From Antedon mediterranea (taxonomy: Eukaryota > Animalia > Echinodermata), in assembly GCF_964355755.1 (NCBI RefSeq), contig NC_092673.1:10168001-10232000 (forward strand): a stretch of DNA of 64,000 nucleotides, given 5' to 3'. Each line of letters starts with the position of its first letter. Within the stretch, counting starts at the first letter, position 1. The notes beneath the pieces were generated by a model, which worked only from the letters and a program-made list of their open reading frames with translations, searched no databases and was not told where the DNA came from. Both the position numbers and the translations under genes were made by a program. This document shows positions 41,101 through 54,208 of this stretch, piece after piece.

Positions 41101-44100
41101 ATCAGCGAGAGAGAGAGAGATAGATCAGCGAGAAAGAGAGAGATAGATCAGCGAGAGTGAGATAGATCAGCGAGAGAGATAGATCAGCGAGAGAGAGATA
41201 AATCAGCGAGATAGAGATAGATCAGCGAGAGAGAGATAGATCAGCGAGAGAGAGATAGATCAGCGAGAGAGAGATAGACCAGCGAGAGAGAGATAGATCA
41301 GCGAGAGAGAGATAGATAGATCAGCGAGAGAGAGGTAGATAGATCAGCGAGAGAAAGATAGATCAGCGAGAGAGAGATAGATAGATCAGCGAGAGGCAGA
41401 TAGATCAGCGAGAGACAGATAGATAGATCAGCGAGAGAGAGAGAGAGATAGATCAGCGAGAAAGAGAGAGATAGATCAGCGAGAGTGAGATAGATAAGCG
41501 AGAGAGATAGATCAGCGAGAGAGAGAGATAAATCAGCGAGATAGAGATAGATCAGCGAGAGAGAGATAGATCAGCGAGAGAGAGATAGATCAGCGAGAGA
41601 GAGATAGACCAGCGAGAGAGAGATAGATCAGCGAGAGAGAGATAGATAGATCAGCGAGAGAGAGGTAGATAGATCAGCGAGAGAGAGATAGATAGATCAG
41701 CGAGAGAGAGATAGATAGATCACCGAGAGGCAGATAGATCAGCGAGAGACAGATAGATAGATCAGCGAGAGAGAGATAGATCAGCGAGAGAGATAGATCA
41801 GCGAGAGAGAGATAGATCAGCGAGAGTGAGATAGATCAGCGAGAGAGATATATCAGCGAGAGAGAGATAGATCAGCGAGATAGAGATAGATCAGCGAGAG
41901 AGATAGATCAGCGAGAGAGAGATAGACCAGCGAGAGAGAGATAGATCAGCGTGAGAGAGATAGATAGATCAGCGAGAGGGAGATAGATCAGCGAGAGAGA
42001 GATGGATCTGCGAGAGAGAGATAGATCAGCGAGAGGGAGATAGATCAGCGAGAAAGGGATAGATCAGCGAGAGAGAGATAGATCAACGAGAGCGAGATAG
42101 ATAGATCAGCGAGAGAGAGGTAGATAGATCAGCGAGAGAGAGATAGATAGATCAGCGAGAAAGAGATAGATAGATCGGCGAGAGGCAGATAGATCAGCGA
42201 GACACAGATAGATAGATCAGCGAGAGAGAGAGATAGATCAGCGAGAGAGATAGATCAGCGAGAGAGAGATAGATCAGCGAGAGTGAGATAGATCAGCGAG
42301 AGAGATAGATCAGCGAGAGAGAGATAGATCAGCGAGATAGAGATAGATCAGCGAGAGAGATAGATCAGCGAGAGAGAGATAGATCAGCGAGAGAGAGATA
42401 GACCAGCGAGAGAGAGATAGATCAGCGAGAGAGAGATATATAGATCAGCGAGAGAGATATATAGATCAGCGAGAGAGAGATAGATCAGCGAGAGAGAGAT
42501 AGACCAGCGAGAGAGAGATAGATCAGCGAGAGAGAGATAGATAGATCAGCGAGAGAGAGATAGACCAGCGAGAGAGAGATAGATCAGCGAGAGAGAGATA
42601 TATAGATCAGCGAGAGAGAGATAGATCAGCGAGAGAGAGATAGACCAGCGAGAGAGAGATAGATCAGCGAGAGAGAGATAGATAGATCAGCGAGAGGGAG
42701 ATAGATCAGCGAGAGATAGATAGATCAGCGAGAGAGAGATAGATCAGCGAGAGAGAGATAGATCAGCGAGAGAGAGAGATAGATCAGCGAGAGAGAGATA
42801 GATAGATCAGCGAGAGAGAGGTAGATAGATCAGCGAGAGAGAGATATATAGATCTGCGAGAGAGAGATAGATAGGCGAGAGAGAGAGAGAGAGATAGATC
42901 AGCGAGAGTGAGATAGATCAGCGAGAGAGATAGATCAGCGAGAGAGAGATAGATCAGCGAGATAGAGATAGATCAGCGAGAGAGAGATAGATCAGCGAGA
43001 TAGAGATAGATCAGCGAGAGAGATAGATCAGCGAGAGAGAGATAGATCAGCGAGAGAGAGATAGACCAGCGAGAGAGAGATAGATCAGCGAGAGAGAGAT
43101 ATATAGATCAGCGAGAGAGATATATAGATCAGCGAGAGAGAGATAGATCAGCGAGAGAGAGATAGACCAGCGAGAGAGAGATAGATCAGCGAGAGAGAGA
43201 TAGATAGATCAGCGAGAGAGAGATAGACCAGCGAGAGAGAGATAGATCAGCGAGAGAGAGATATATAGATCAGCGAGAGAGAGATAGATCAGCGAGAGAG
43301 AGATAGACCAGCGAGAGAGAGATAGATCAGCGAGAGAGAGATAGATAGATCAGCGAGAGGGAGATAGATCAGCGAGAGATAGATAGATCAGCGAGAGAGA
43401 GATAGATCAGCGAGAGAGAGATAGATCAGCGAGAGAGAGAGATAGATTAGCGAGAGAGAGATAGATAGATCAGCGAGAGAGAGGTAGATAGATCAGCGAG
43501 AGAGAGATATATAGATCTGCGAGAGAGAGATAGATAGGCGAGAGAGAGAGAGAGAGAGATAGATCAGCGAGAGTGAGATAGATCAGCGAGAGAGATAGAT
43601 CAGCGAGAGAGAGATAGATCAGCGAGATAGAGATAGATCAGCGAGAGAGAGATAGATCAGCGAGAGAGAGATAGACCAGCGAGAGAGAGATAGATCAGCG
43701 AGAGAGAGATAGATAGATCAGCGAGAGGGAGATAGATCAGCGAGAGATAGATAGATCAGCGAGAGAGAGATAGATCAGCAAGAGAGAGATAGATCACCGA
43801 GAGCGAGATAGATCAGTGGGAGAGAGAGAGAGAGATAGATCAGCGAGAGATAGATAGATCAGCGAGAGAGAGATAGATCAGCGAGAGAGAGATAGATAAG
43901 CGAGAGAGAGATAGATCAGCGAGAGAGAGATAGATCAGCGAGAGATAGATAGATCAGCGAGAGAGAGATAGATAGATCAGCGAGAGTGAGATAGATAGAT
44001 CAGCGAGAGAGAGATAGATAGATCAGCGAGAAAGAGATGGATAGATCAGCGAGAGAGAGATAGATAGATCAGCGAGAGGCAGATAGATAGATCAGCGAGA

Positions 44101-47100
44101 GACAGATAGATAGATCAGCGAGAGAGAGATAGATAGATCAGCGAGAGAGAGAGAGATAGATCAGCGAGAAAGAGAGAGATAGATCAGCGAGAGTGAGATA
44201 GATCAGCGAGAGAGATAGATCAGCAAGAGAGAGATAAATCAGCAAGATAGAGATAGATCAGCGAGAAAGAGATAGATCAGCGAGAGAGAGATAGATCAGC
44301 GAGAGAGAGATAGACCAGCGAGAGAGAGATAGATCAGCGAGAGAGAGATAGATAGATCAGCGAGAGAGAGGTAGATAGATCAGCGAGAGAGAGATAGATA
44401 GATCAGCGAGAGAGAGATAGACAGATCGGCGAGAGGCAGATAGATCAGCGAGACACAGATAGATAGATCAGCGAGAGAGAGAGATAGATCATCGAGAGAG
44501 ATATATCAGCGAGAGAGAGATAGATCAGCGAGAGTGAGATAGATCAGCGAGAGAGATAGATCAGCGAGAGAGAGATAGATCAGCGAGATAGAGATAGATC
44601 AGCGAGAGAGATAGATCAGCGAGAGAGAGATAGATCAGCGAGAGAGAGATAGACCAGCGAGATAGAGATAGATCAGCGAGAGAGAGATAGATAGATCAGC
44701 GAGAGAGAGATAGATCAGCGAGAGAGAGATAGACCAGCGAGAGAGAGATAGATCAGCGAGAGAGAGATAGATAGATCAGCGAGAGGGAGATAGATCAGCG
44801 AGAGATAGATAGATCAGCGAGAGAGAGATAGATCAGCGAGAGAGAGAGATAGATCAGCAAGAGAGAGAGATAGATCAGCGAGAAAGAGAGAGATAGATCA
44901 GCGAGAGAGAGATAGATAGATCAGCGAGAGAGAGGTAGATAGATCAGCGAGAGAGAGATAGATAGATCAGCGAGAGAGAGATAGATAGATCAGCGAGAGG
45001 CAGATAGATAGATCAGCGAGAGACAGATAGATAGATCAGCGAGAGAGAGATAGATCAGCGAGCGAGATAGATCAGCGAGAGAGAGATAGATCAGCGAGAG
45101 TGAGATAGATCAGCGAGAGAGATAGATCAGCGAGAGAGAGATAGATCAGCGAGAGATAGATAGATCAGCGAGAGAGAGATAGATAGATCAGCGAGAGAGA
45201 GATAGATAGATCAGCGAGAGAGAGAGATAGATAGATCAGCGAGAAAGTGATAGATAGATCAGCGAGAGAGAGATAGATAGATCAGCGAGAGACAGATAGA
45301 TAGATCAGCGAGAGAGAGATAGATAGATCAGCGAGAGAGAGAGATAGATCAGCGAGAAAGAGAGAGATAGATCAGCGAGAGTGAGATAGATCAGCGAGAG
45401 AGATAGATCAGCGAGAGAGAGAAAAATCAGCGAGATAGAGATAGATCAGCGAGAGAGAGATAGATCAGCGAAAGAGAGATAGATCAGCGAGAGAGAGATA
45501 GACCAGCGAGAGAGAGATAGATAGATCAGCGAGAAAGAGGTAGATAGATCAGCGAGAGAGAGGTAGATAGATCAGCGAGAGAGAGATAGATAGATCAGCG
45601 AGAGGCAGATAGATAGATTAGCGAGAGACAGATAGATAGATCAGCGAGAGAGAGATAGATCAGCGAGAGAGATAGATCAGCGAGAGAGAGATAGATCAGC
45701 GAGAGTGAGATAGATCAGCGAGAGAGATAGATCAGCGAGAGAGAGATAGATCAGCGAGATAGAGATAGATCAGCGTGAGATATAGATCAGCAAGAGAGAG
45801 ATAGATCAGCGAGAGAGAGATAGACCAGCGAGAGAGAGATAGATCAGCGAGAGGGAGATAGATCAGCGAGAGATAGATAGATCAGCGAGAGAGAGATAGA
45901 ACAGTGAGAGAGAGATAGATCAGCGAGAGAGAGAGATAGATCAGTGAGAGAGAGATAGATCAGCGAGAGATAGATAGATCAGCGAGAGAGAGATAGATCA
46001 GCGAGAGAGAGATAGATCAGCGAGAGAGAGATAGATCAGCGAGAGAGAGATAGATCAGCGAGAGATAGATAGATCAGCGAGAGAGAGATAGATAGATCAG
46101 CGAGAGAGAGATAGATAGATTAGCGAGAGAGAGATAGATAGATCAGCGAGAGAGGGATAGATAGATCAGCGAGAGAGATATATAGATCAGCGAGAGGCAG
46201 ATAGATAGATCAGCGAGAGACAGATTGATAGATCAGCGAGAGAGAGAGATAGATAGATCAGCGAGAGAGAGAGAGATAGATCAGCGAGAAAGAGAGAGAT
46301 AGATCAGCGAGAGTGAGATAGATCAGCGAGAGAGATAGATCAGCGAGAGAGAGAGATAGATCAGGGAGATAGAGATAGATCAGCGAGAGAGAGAGATAGA
46401 TCAGCGAGAGAGAGATAGGTCAGCGAGAGAGAGATAGACCAGCGAGAGAGAGATAGACCAGCGAGAGAGAGATAGATAGATCAGCGAGAGGGAGATAGAT
46501 CAGCGAGAGATAGATAGATCAGCGAGAGAGAGATAGATCAGCAAGAGAGAGATAGATCAGCGAGAGAGAGAGAGATAGATCAGCGAGAGAGAGATAGATC
46601 AGCCAGAGATAGATAGATCAGCGAGAGAGAGATAGATCAGCGAGAGAGAGATAGATCAGCGAGAGAGAGATAGATCAGCGAGAGAGAGATAGATCAACGA
46701 GAGATAGATAGATCAGCGAGAGAGAGAGATAGATAGATCAGCGAGAGAGAGATAGATAGATCAGCGAGAGAGAAATAGATAGATCAGCGAGAGAGAGATA
46801 GATAGATCAGCGAGAGAGAGAGAGATATATAGATCAGCGAGAGAGAGAGATAGATAGATCAGCGAGAGAGAAATAGATAGATCAGCGAGAGAGAGAGAGA
46901 GAGAGATAGATCAGCGAGAGAGAGAGAGACAAATCAGCGAGAGAGAGATAGATCAGCGAGAGAGAGATAGATCAGCGAGAGAGAGATAGATCAGCGAGAG
47001 AGAGATAGATCAGCGAGAGAGAGTGATAGATCAGCGAGAGAGAGATAGATCAGCGAGAGATAGATAGATCAGCGAGAGAGAGATAGATAGATCAGCGAGA

Positions 47101-49025
47101 GAGAGATAGATAGATCAGCGAGAGAGAGAGATAGATAGATCAGCGAGAAAGTGATAGATAGATCAGCGAGAGAGAGATAGATAGATCAGCGAGAGACAGA
47201 TAGATAGATCAGCGAGAGAGAGATAGATAGATCAGCGAGAGAGAGAGATAGATCAGCGAGAAAGAGAGAGATAGATCAGCGAGAGTGAGATAGATCAGCG
47301 AGAGAGATAGATCAGCGAGAGAGAGAAAAATCAGCGAGATAGAGATAGATCAGCGAGAGAGAGATAGATCAGCGAAAGAGAGATAGATCAGCGAGAGAGA
47401 GATAGACCAGCGAGAGAGAGATAGATAGATCAGCGAGAAAGAGGTAGATAGATCAGCGAGAGAGAGGTAGATAGATCAGCGAGAGAGAGATAGATAGATC
47501 AGCGAGAGGCAGATAGATAGATTAGCGAGAGACAGATAGATAGATCAGCGAGAGAGAGATAGATCAGCGAGAGAGATAGATCAGCGAGAGAGAGATAGAT
47601 CAGCGAGAGTGAGATAGATCAGCGAGAGAGATAGATCAGCGAGAGAGAGATAGATCAGCGAGATAGAGATAGATCAGCGTGAGATATAGATCAGCAAGAG
47701 AGAGATAGATCAGCGAGAGAGAGATAGACCAGCGAGAGAGAGATAGATCAGCGAGAGGGAGATAGATCAGCGAGAGATAGATAGATCAGCGAGAGAGAGA
47801 TAGAACAGTGAGAGAGAGATAGATCAGCGAGAGAGAGAGATAGATCAGTGAGAGAGAGATAGATCAGCGAGAGATAGATAGATCAGCGAGAGAGAGATAG
47901 ATCAGCGAGAGAGAGATAGATCAGCGAGAGAGAGATAGATCAGCGAGAGAGAGATAGATCAGCGAGAGATAGATAGATCAGCGAGAGAGAGATAGATAGA
48001 TCAGCGAGAGAGAGATAGATAGATTAGCGAGAGAGAGATAGATAGATCAGCGAGAGAGGGATAGATAGATCAGCGAGAGAGATATATAGATCAGCGAGAG
48101 GCAGATAGATAGATCAGCGAGAGACAGATTGATAGATCAGCGAGAGAGAGAGATAGATAGATCAGCGAGAGAGAGAGAGATAGATCAGCGAGAAAGAGAG
48201 AGATAGATCAGCGAGAGTGAGATAGATCAGCGAGAGAGATAGATCAGCGAGAGAGAGAGATAGATCAGGGAGATAGAGATAGATCAGCGAGAGAGAGAGA
48301 TAGATCAGCGAGAGAGAGATAGATCAGCGAGAGAGAGATAGACCAGCGAGAGAGAGATAGACCAGCGAGAGAGAGATAGATAGATCAGCGAGAGGGAGAT
48401 AGATCAGCGAGAGATAGATAGATCAGCGAGAGAGAGATAGATCAGCAAGAGAGAGATAGATCAGCGAGAGAGAGAGAGATAGATCAGCGAGAGAGAGATA
48501 GATCAGCCAGAGATAGATAGATCAGCGAGAGAGAGATAGATCAGCGAGAGAGAGATAGATCAGCGAGAGAGAGATAGATCAGCGAGAGAGAGATAGATCA
48601 ACGAGAGATAGATAGATCAGCGAGAGAGAGAGATAGATAGATCAGCGAGAGAGAGATAGATAGATCAGCGAGAGAGAAATAGATAGATCAGCGAGAGAGA
48701 GATAGATAGATCAGCGAGAGAGAGAGAGATATATAGATCAGCGAGAGAGAGAGATAGATAGATCAGCGAGAGAGAAATAGATAGATCAGCGAGAGAGAGA
48801 GAGAGAGAGATAGATCAGCGAGAGAGAGAGAGACAAATCAGCGAGAGAGAGATAGATCAGCGAGAGAGAGATAGATCAGCGAGAGAGAGATAGATCAGCG
48901 AGAGAGAGATAGATCAGCGAGAGAGAGTGATAGATCAGCGAGAGAGAGATATAGATCAGCGAGAGAGAGATAGATCAGCGAGAGAGAGATAGATCACCGA
49001 GAGAGAGATAGATCAGCGAGAGAGA
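21616..49025 (+). repeat. 27.4-kb purine-rich minisatellite (GA)n-TAGATCAGC, modal unit ~19 bp, with kb-scale internal duplications
   Basis: Uninterrupted tandem array; variable GA run length and GATA insertions. Confidence 0.98.
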
Positions 49026-50164
49026 ATAAATTTTCGCCATTTTTTGAAAAAAAATCTGATGGTCCCCAGCAGGAAAATTTTTCGAAAAATGGCTAAATTT
49101 CGACCCTTTTATTTTTTGACATAACTAATTGTTACTATGGCTCTATAAGATGATGTTAACACAATATATATGCATAAATGGCAATATTATATCATAATTA
49201 TAGAATTTTAAAAATTGGAAATTTTGGCCCTTTTTCAAAAAACTTCTTATAGTCCCCCAGAGGAAAATTTTCGAAAATTGGCAAAATTTTGACCCTTTTC
49301 TTTTTTAACATAACTAGTTACGATGGCTCTATAAGATGATGTTAACACAATATATGTCCATAAATGGCAAAATTATAGCATAATAATTTAATTTTAAAAA
49401 GTGTAACATTTTTGCCATTTTCGACCCTTTTATATTTTGACATAAGTAGTTGCTATGGCTCTATAAGATAATGTCAGCACAATATATGTGCATAAATGGC
49501 AATATTATAGCATAATTTTTGAATTTTAAAAAGTAGAAATTTTAGTCATTTTTCGAAAAAATTCCTATGGTCCCCTCCAGGGAAATTTATCGCAAAAATG
49601 GCCAAATTTTAACCCTTTTATTTTTTGACAAAACTAATTACTATGGCTCTATAAGAAGATGTTAGCACAATATATTTGCAAAAATGGCAATATTATAGCA
49701 TAATTATTGAATTTTAAAAAGTGGGAATTTTGGCAATTTTTGGAAAAAAATCCTATGGTCCCCAGCAGGGAAATTTTCGAAAATGGCCAAATTTTGATCC
49801 TTTTATTTTTTGACATAACTAGTTACTATAGCTCTATAAGATGATGTTAGCACAATATAATTATTTGCATAAATGGCAATATTATAGCATAATTTTTTAA
49901 TTTTAAACAATGGAAATTTTGACAATTTTTCGAAAAAAAAATCTTATTGGCCAAATGGCCAAATTTCGACCCTTTTATTTCTTGACATAACTAGTTACTA
50001 TGGCTCTATAAGATGATGTTACAACAATATATGCGCATAAATGGCAATATTATAGCCTATTTATAGAATTTTGAAAATTGGAAATTTTTGCCATTTTTCG
50101 AAAAAATTTTTATGGTCCCCCGCAGTGAAATTTTCGCAAAAATGGCCAAACTTCAAACCTTTTA

Positions 50165-50363
50165 TTAGTCGCGTGGACGCGACTCTACAGTTCACTATGT
50201 CGGTCGGTCTGTCGGTCTGTCTGTCGGTCCGGTATCACTTTGCGTTTTATCGCTTTTCTGTACTTTTGAACTGTTTTGATGTACAGAAAAGTTTTGAAGT
50301 ACATTACTTTTTGAAAGTTCATTTATTTCTGAGAGCACGCAACTTATTGTTGTTGGCCTTGTT
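50165..50363 (+). mobile_element. Non-autonomous Helentron/DINE-1-like (HINE) element
   Basis: 5' hairpin AGTCGCGTGGACGCGACT, (GTCK)n microsatellite, 3' subterminal inverted copy CACGCAACT then GGCCTTGTT; inserted in a T-run of the satellite with no obvious TSD. Confidence 0.7.
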
Positions 50364-50729
50364 TTTTGACATAACGAGTTACTATGGCTGTATAAGATGA
50401 TGTTAACACAATATATGTGCATAAATGGCAATATTATAGCCTAATTATAGAATTTAAAAAGGTGGACATTTTGGTCGTTTTTGAAAAAAATCGTATGGTC
50501 CCCCGCAGGAAAAAATGGCGAAATTTCAAACCTTTTATTTTTTGACATAACTATTTACTATGGCTCTATAAGTTGCTATTTACACAACATATGTGCATAA
50601 ATGGCAATATTATAGTCTAATTATTGAATTTTAAAAGGTGGAAATTTTGGTCATTTTGCGAAAAAATTCCTGTGGTCCCCCCAGGGAAATTTTCGCAAAA
50701 ATGGCCAAATTTTAACCCTTTTATTTTTT

Positions 50730-50966
50730 TATTTATTTTTTTTTTTATTTCATACTCATCCAACAGCGAGTAACCCGCAAATTACAGGATGGATAAACTA
50801 TTTAAAATTTCACAAGACAAACATATACACAAGATGCTCTACATAAACAAAGACTTATTATTAAGTCTTTGGGAGTGGAGTTGTAAATTGTCATGAGAAA
50901 AAATCCCTGACATATGACAGGACTTGAACCCAGGACCCTTAGATTGGTAGCCAAGCATCATAACCA
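50730..50966 (-). mobile_element. tRNA-derived SINE-like insertion with A-rich tail
   Basis: Minus strand reads TGGTTATGATGC...GGGTTCAAGTCC (B box at 50930-50920), then a body and AAATAAAAAAAAAAA; it interrupts the satellite. Confidence 0.65.
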
Positions 50967-51005
50967 TTTTTTCGAAAAATGGCCAAATTTAGACCCTTTT
51001 ATTTT

Positions 51006-53313
51006 AATAGTCTATTTATATGAAATGAATGATCAATCAATGAAAAATAATGCCATGGAACTTTGTTTCTGATTTTAAAAAAGGTCCACTTGTTTAGGCC
51101 TGACATTTACAACCCTCAAAATATCTCACTTTCAAAAACAATATTTATTTTCTATTAAAAAAAAAAGAAAAAAGATATTCGTAGAGGTTCGAACCCACTA
51201 CTGCGAGAACTCAAACCTGAGCATTACCGGTTACGCCATAAACCAGTAGATGACAGAAGAGCTGATAACAGTCTATTTATATGAAATGAATGATCAATCA
51301 ATGAAAAATAATGCCATGCAACTTTTTTTCTGATTGAAAAAAATGTCCACTTGTTTAGGCCTGACATTTACAACCCTCAAAATATCTCACTTTCAAAAAA
51401 AATATTTATTTTCAATTTAAAAAAAAGGGAAAAGAAATATCCCTAGAGGTTTGAACCCACTACTGCGAGCACTGAAACTTGAGCATTTCAAAAACAATAT
51501 TTATTTTAAATAAAAAAAAAAAAAAAAAAAAAAATATCGGTAGAGGTTCGAACCCACTAGCTTAGTGAGAGCACTCAAACTTGAGCATTACCCGTTACGC
51601 CACAAACCAGTAGATGACTGAAGAGCTGATAATAGTCTATTTATATGAAATTAATGATCCATCAATGTAAAATGATGTTATGCAACTTTGTTTCTGATTT
51701 AAAAAAAGGTCCACTTGGTTAGGCTTGACATTTAAAACCATACAAATATCTCACTTTCAAAAACAATATTTATTTAAAAAAAAAAAAAATGAAAAAAAAT
51801 ATTCCTAGAGGTTCGAACCCACTACTGAGAGAACTCAAATCTGAGCATTACCGGTTACGCCACAAACCAGTAGATGAGTGAAGAGCTGATAATAGTCTAT
51901 TTATATGAAATGAATTATCCATCAATGTAAAATGATGTTATGCAACTTTGTTTCTGATTTAAAAAAAGGTCCACTTGTTTAGGCCTGACATTTACAACCC
52001 TCAAAATATCTCACTTTCAAAAACAATATTTATTTTCAATTTAAAAAAAAAAAGAAAAAAAATATCCCTAGAGGTTCGAACCCACTACTGAGAGAACTCA
52101 AACCTGAGCATTACCGGTTACGCCACAAACCAGTAGATGAGTGAAGAGCTGATAATATTCTATTTATATGAAATGAATAATAAATCAATGTAAAATGATG
52201 TTATGCAACTTTGTTTCTGATTTAAAAAAAGGTCCACTTGGTTAGGCTTGACATTTAAAACCATAAAAATATCTCCCTTTAAAAAACAATATTTATTTTC
52301 AAATAAAAAAAAAAGAAAAAAATATCCCTAGAAGTTTGAACCCACTATTGAAATCACTCAAACCTGACCATTACCCGTGACGCCGCAAACCAGTATATGA
52401 CTGAAGAGCTGATAATAGTCTATTTATATGAAATGAATGATCAATCAATGAAAAATAATGCCATGCAACTTTGTTTCTGATTTTAAAAAAGGTTCACTTG
52501 TTTAGGCCTGACAGTTGCAACCCTCAAAATATCTCACTTTCAAAAACAATATTTATTTTCAATTAAAAAATAAAGAAAAAAAATACCTGTATAGGTTCGA
52601 ACCCACTACTGAGAGCACTCAAACCTGAGCATTACTCGTTACGCCACAAACCAGTAGATGATTGAGGAGCTGATAATAGTCTATTTATATGAAATGAATG
52701 ATCAATCAATGAAAAATAATGCCATGCAACTTTGTTTCTGATTTTAAAAAAGGTCCACTTGTTTAGGCCTGACATTTACAACACTCAAAATATCTCACTT
52801 TCAAAAACAATATTTATTTTCAATTAAAAAAAAAAAATATCCGTAGACGTTCGAACCCACTAGTGAGAGCACTCAAACTTGAGCATTACCCGTTACGCCA
52901 CAAACCAGTAGATGACTGAAGAGCTGATAATACTCTATTTATATGAAATGAATGATCAATCAATGAAAAACAATGCCATGCAACTTTGTTTCTGATTTAA
53001 AAAAAGGTCCACTTGTTTAGGCCTGACATTTACAACACTCAAAATATCTCACTTTCAAAAACAATATTTATTTTCAATTTAAAAAAAAGAAAGAAAAAAA
53101 AAATTCGTAGAGGTTCGAACCCACTACTGCGAGAACTCAAACCTGAGCACTACCAGTTACGCCAAAAACCAGTAGATGAGTGAAGAGCTGATAATAGTCT
53201 ATTTATATGAAATGCATGATCAATCAATGAAAATAATGCCATGCAACTTTGTTTCTAATTTTAAAAAAGGTCCACTTGTTTAGGCCTGACATTTACAACC
53301 CTCAAAATATCTC
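51006..53313 (-). repeat. Tandem array of ~262-bp units, each with tRNA-type Pol III A and B boxes and an oligo-T run
   Basis: B-box-like GGTTCGAACC or variants at ~51186, 51448, 51545, 51810, 52073, 52333, 52594, 52848 and 53112; minus-strand A box TGGCGTAAC(C/G)G upstream in most units; T-runs ~10 nt downstream. Confidence 0.85.
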
Positions 53314-53350
53314 AGATATTATACATTTTTTTTTTGTTATCATGTTTTTG

Positions 53351-53364
53351 TATATAATATATAA
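53351..53364 (+). promoter_or_regulatory. Candidate TATA box for the CARD/PolB unit
   Basis: TATATAATATATAA 65-78 bp upstream of the ATG at 53429; the AT-rich context makes a chance match possible. Confidence 0.3.
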
Positions 53365-53428
53365 TTTTCTTTATTTTCATTCGTGGCTTTCAACATCGAC
53401 ATAACCTTGTCTCCTCTGTGCTGAAGGA

Positions 53429-54208
53429 ATGGAAGAAAGTTACTTTGAAGGCGAACCGTGGCTGACGAAACATCACAAACTCCTCACCACGTCCATGAAC
53501 CTGTCGGCGGTACTCGAAGCATTGGTCGTCAGAGAAATATACTTGCGGGAATTCGAGAACTTTGTACTGCGTATGGACAGAGAGAAAGGGGTTAAAGAGA
53601 ATCGGATGGCCTATTATCTCATCGACGACATTCGAAGGTATCCGAAATTGCACGCTAACGGAGCTTTCGTGGATTCTCTTAAATGCGCCGGCCACCACGA
53701 TCTTGTTGTCGCTTTGAGAAAAGGAGCGAAAACAACTTTGAACACGCCGTTCGAGAAAGATCATCCTTTTTCTTCCTTCAAGTCGGCGATGGTCCGTCTT
53801 TCGCACTACGAAATCGATCAAACATACAAGAAACGATTGCGAGAGAGGAACGTTCTTCTGAAACGCATCGACCGGTTCGCTGAAACGATAAATCTGGAGG
53901 CCACCGTCAAACAAATGGTGGTCAGAAGAATTTACAAACCCGAATACGCAAATTTCCTCCTCGACGGTGACAGACAGAGAAACGTTTACTTTTTCCTCAA
54001 CAACGTTCGGAAGCATCAAGACGAGTCCGGTTACAAAGCTTTCGTCGAGTCTCTCAAAGCAACCGGTCAACACGAACTCGCATCGACTTTGGAGAAAAAA
54101 AAATACAAAAAGAAAAAACAGTCTGTCGAAGTTCCAGACTTCGGAATTTTGTCCGATCAAAAGGCGCAATGTTCGTGTATCTGGCACGTGTCAAGTATTC
54201 CAAGATAA
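53429..54208 (+). CDS. Tandem death-fold (2x CARD-like) protein, 259 aa, intact ORF
   Basis: Two ~90-aa internal repeats ending GAFVDSLKCAGHHDLVVAL and GYKAFVESLKATGQHELASTL, typical of CARD helices 5-6; basic C-terminal tail. Confidence 0.75.
   Translation: MEESYFEGEPWLTKHHKLLTTSMNLSAVLEALVVREIYLREFENFVLRMDREKGVKENRMAYYLIDDIRRYPKLHANGAFVDSLKCAGHHDLVVALRKGAKTTLNTPFEKDHPFSSFKSAMVRLSHYEIDQTYKKRLRERNVLLKRIDRFAETINLEATVKQMVVRRIYKPEYANFLLDGDRQRNVYFFLNNVRKHQDESGYKAFVESLKATGQHELASTLEKKKYKKKKQSVEVPDFGILSDQKAQCSCIWHVSSIPR

Larger units (their letters stand above)
49026..51005 (-). repeat. ~186-bp AT-rich satellite array, inverted relative to 20610-21615
   Basis: CATAAATGGCAATATTATAGCATAATT is the reverse complement of the left-array motif; about 8-9 units with two insertions. 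Confidence 0.9.

Noticed and set aside
21616-49025. Telomeric repeat array
   Set aside because: No TTAGGG/TTAGG-type units; internal position with flanks on both sides.
51006-53313. Bona fide tRNA gene cluster
   Set aside because: No 7-bp acceptor stem or canonical anticodon arm could be drawn.
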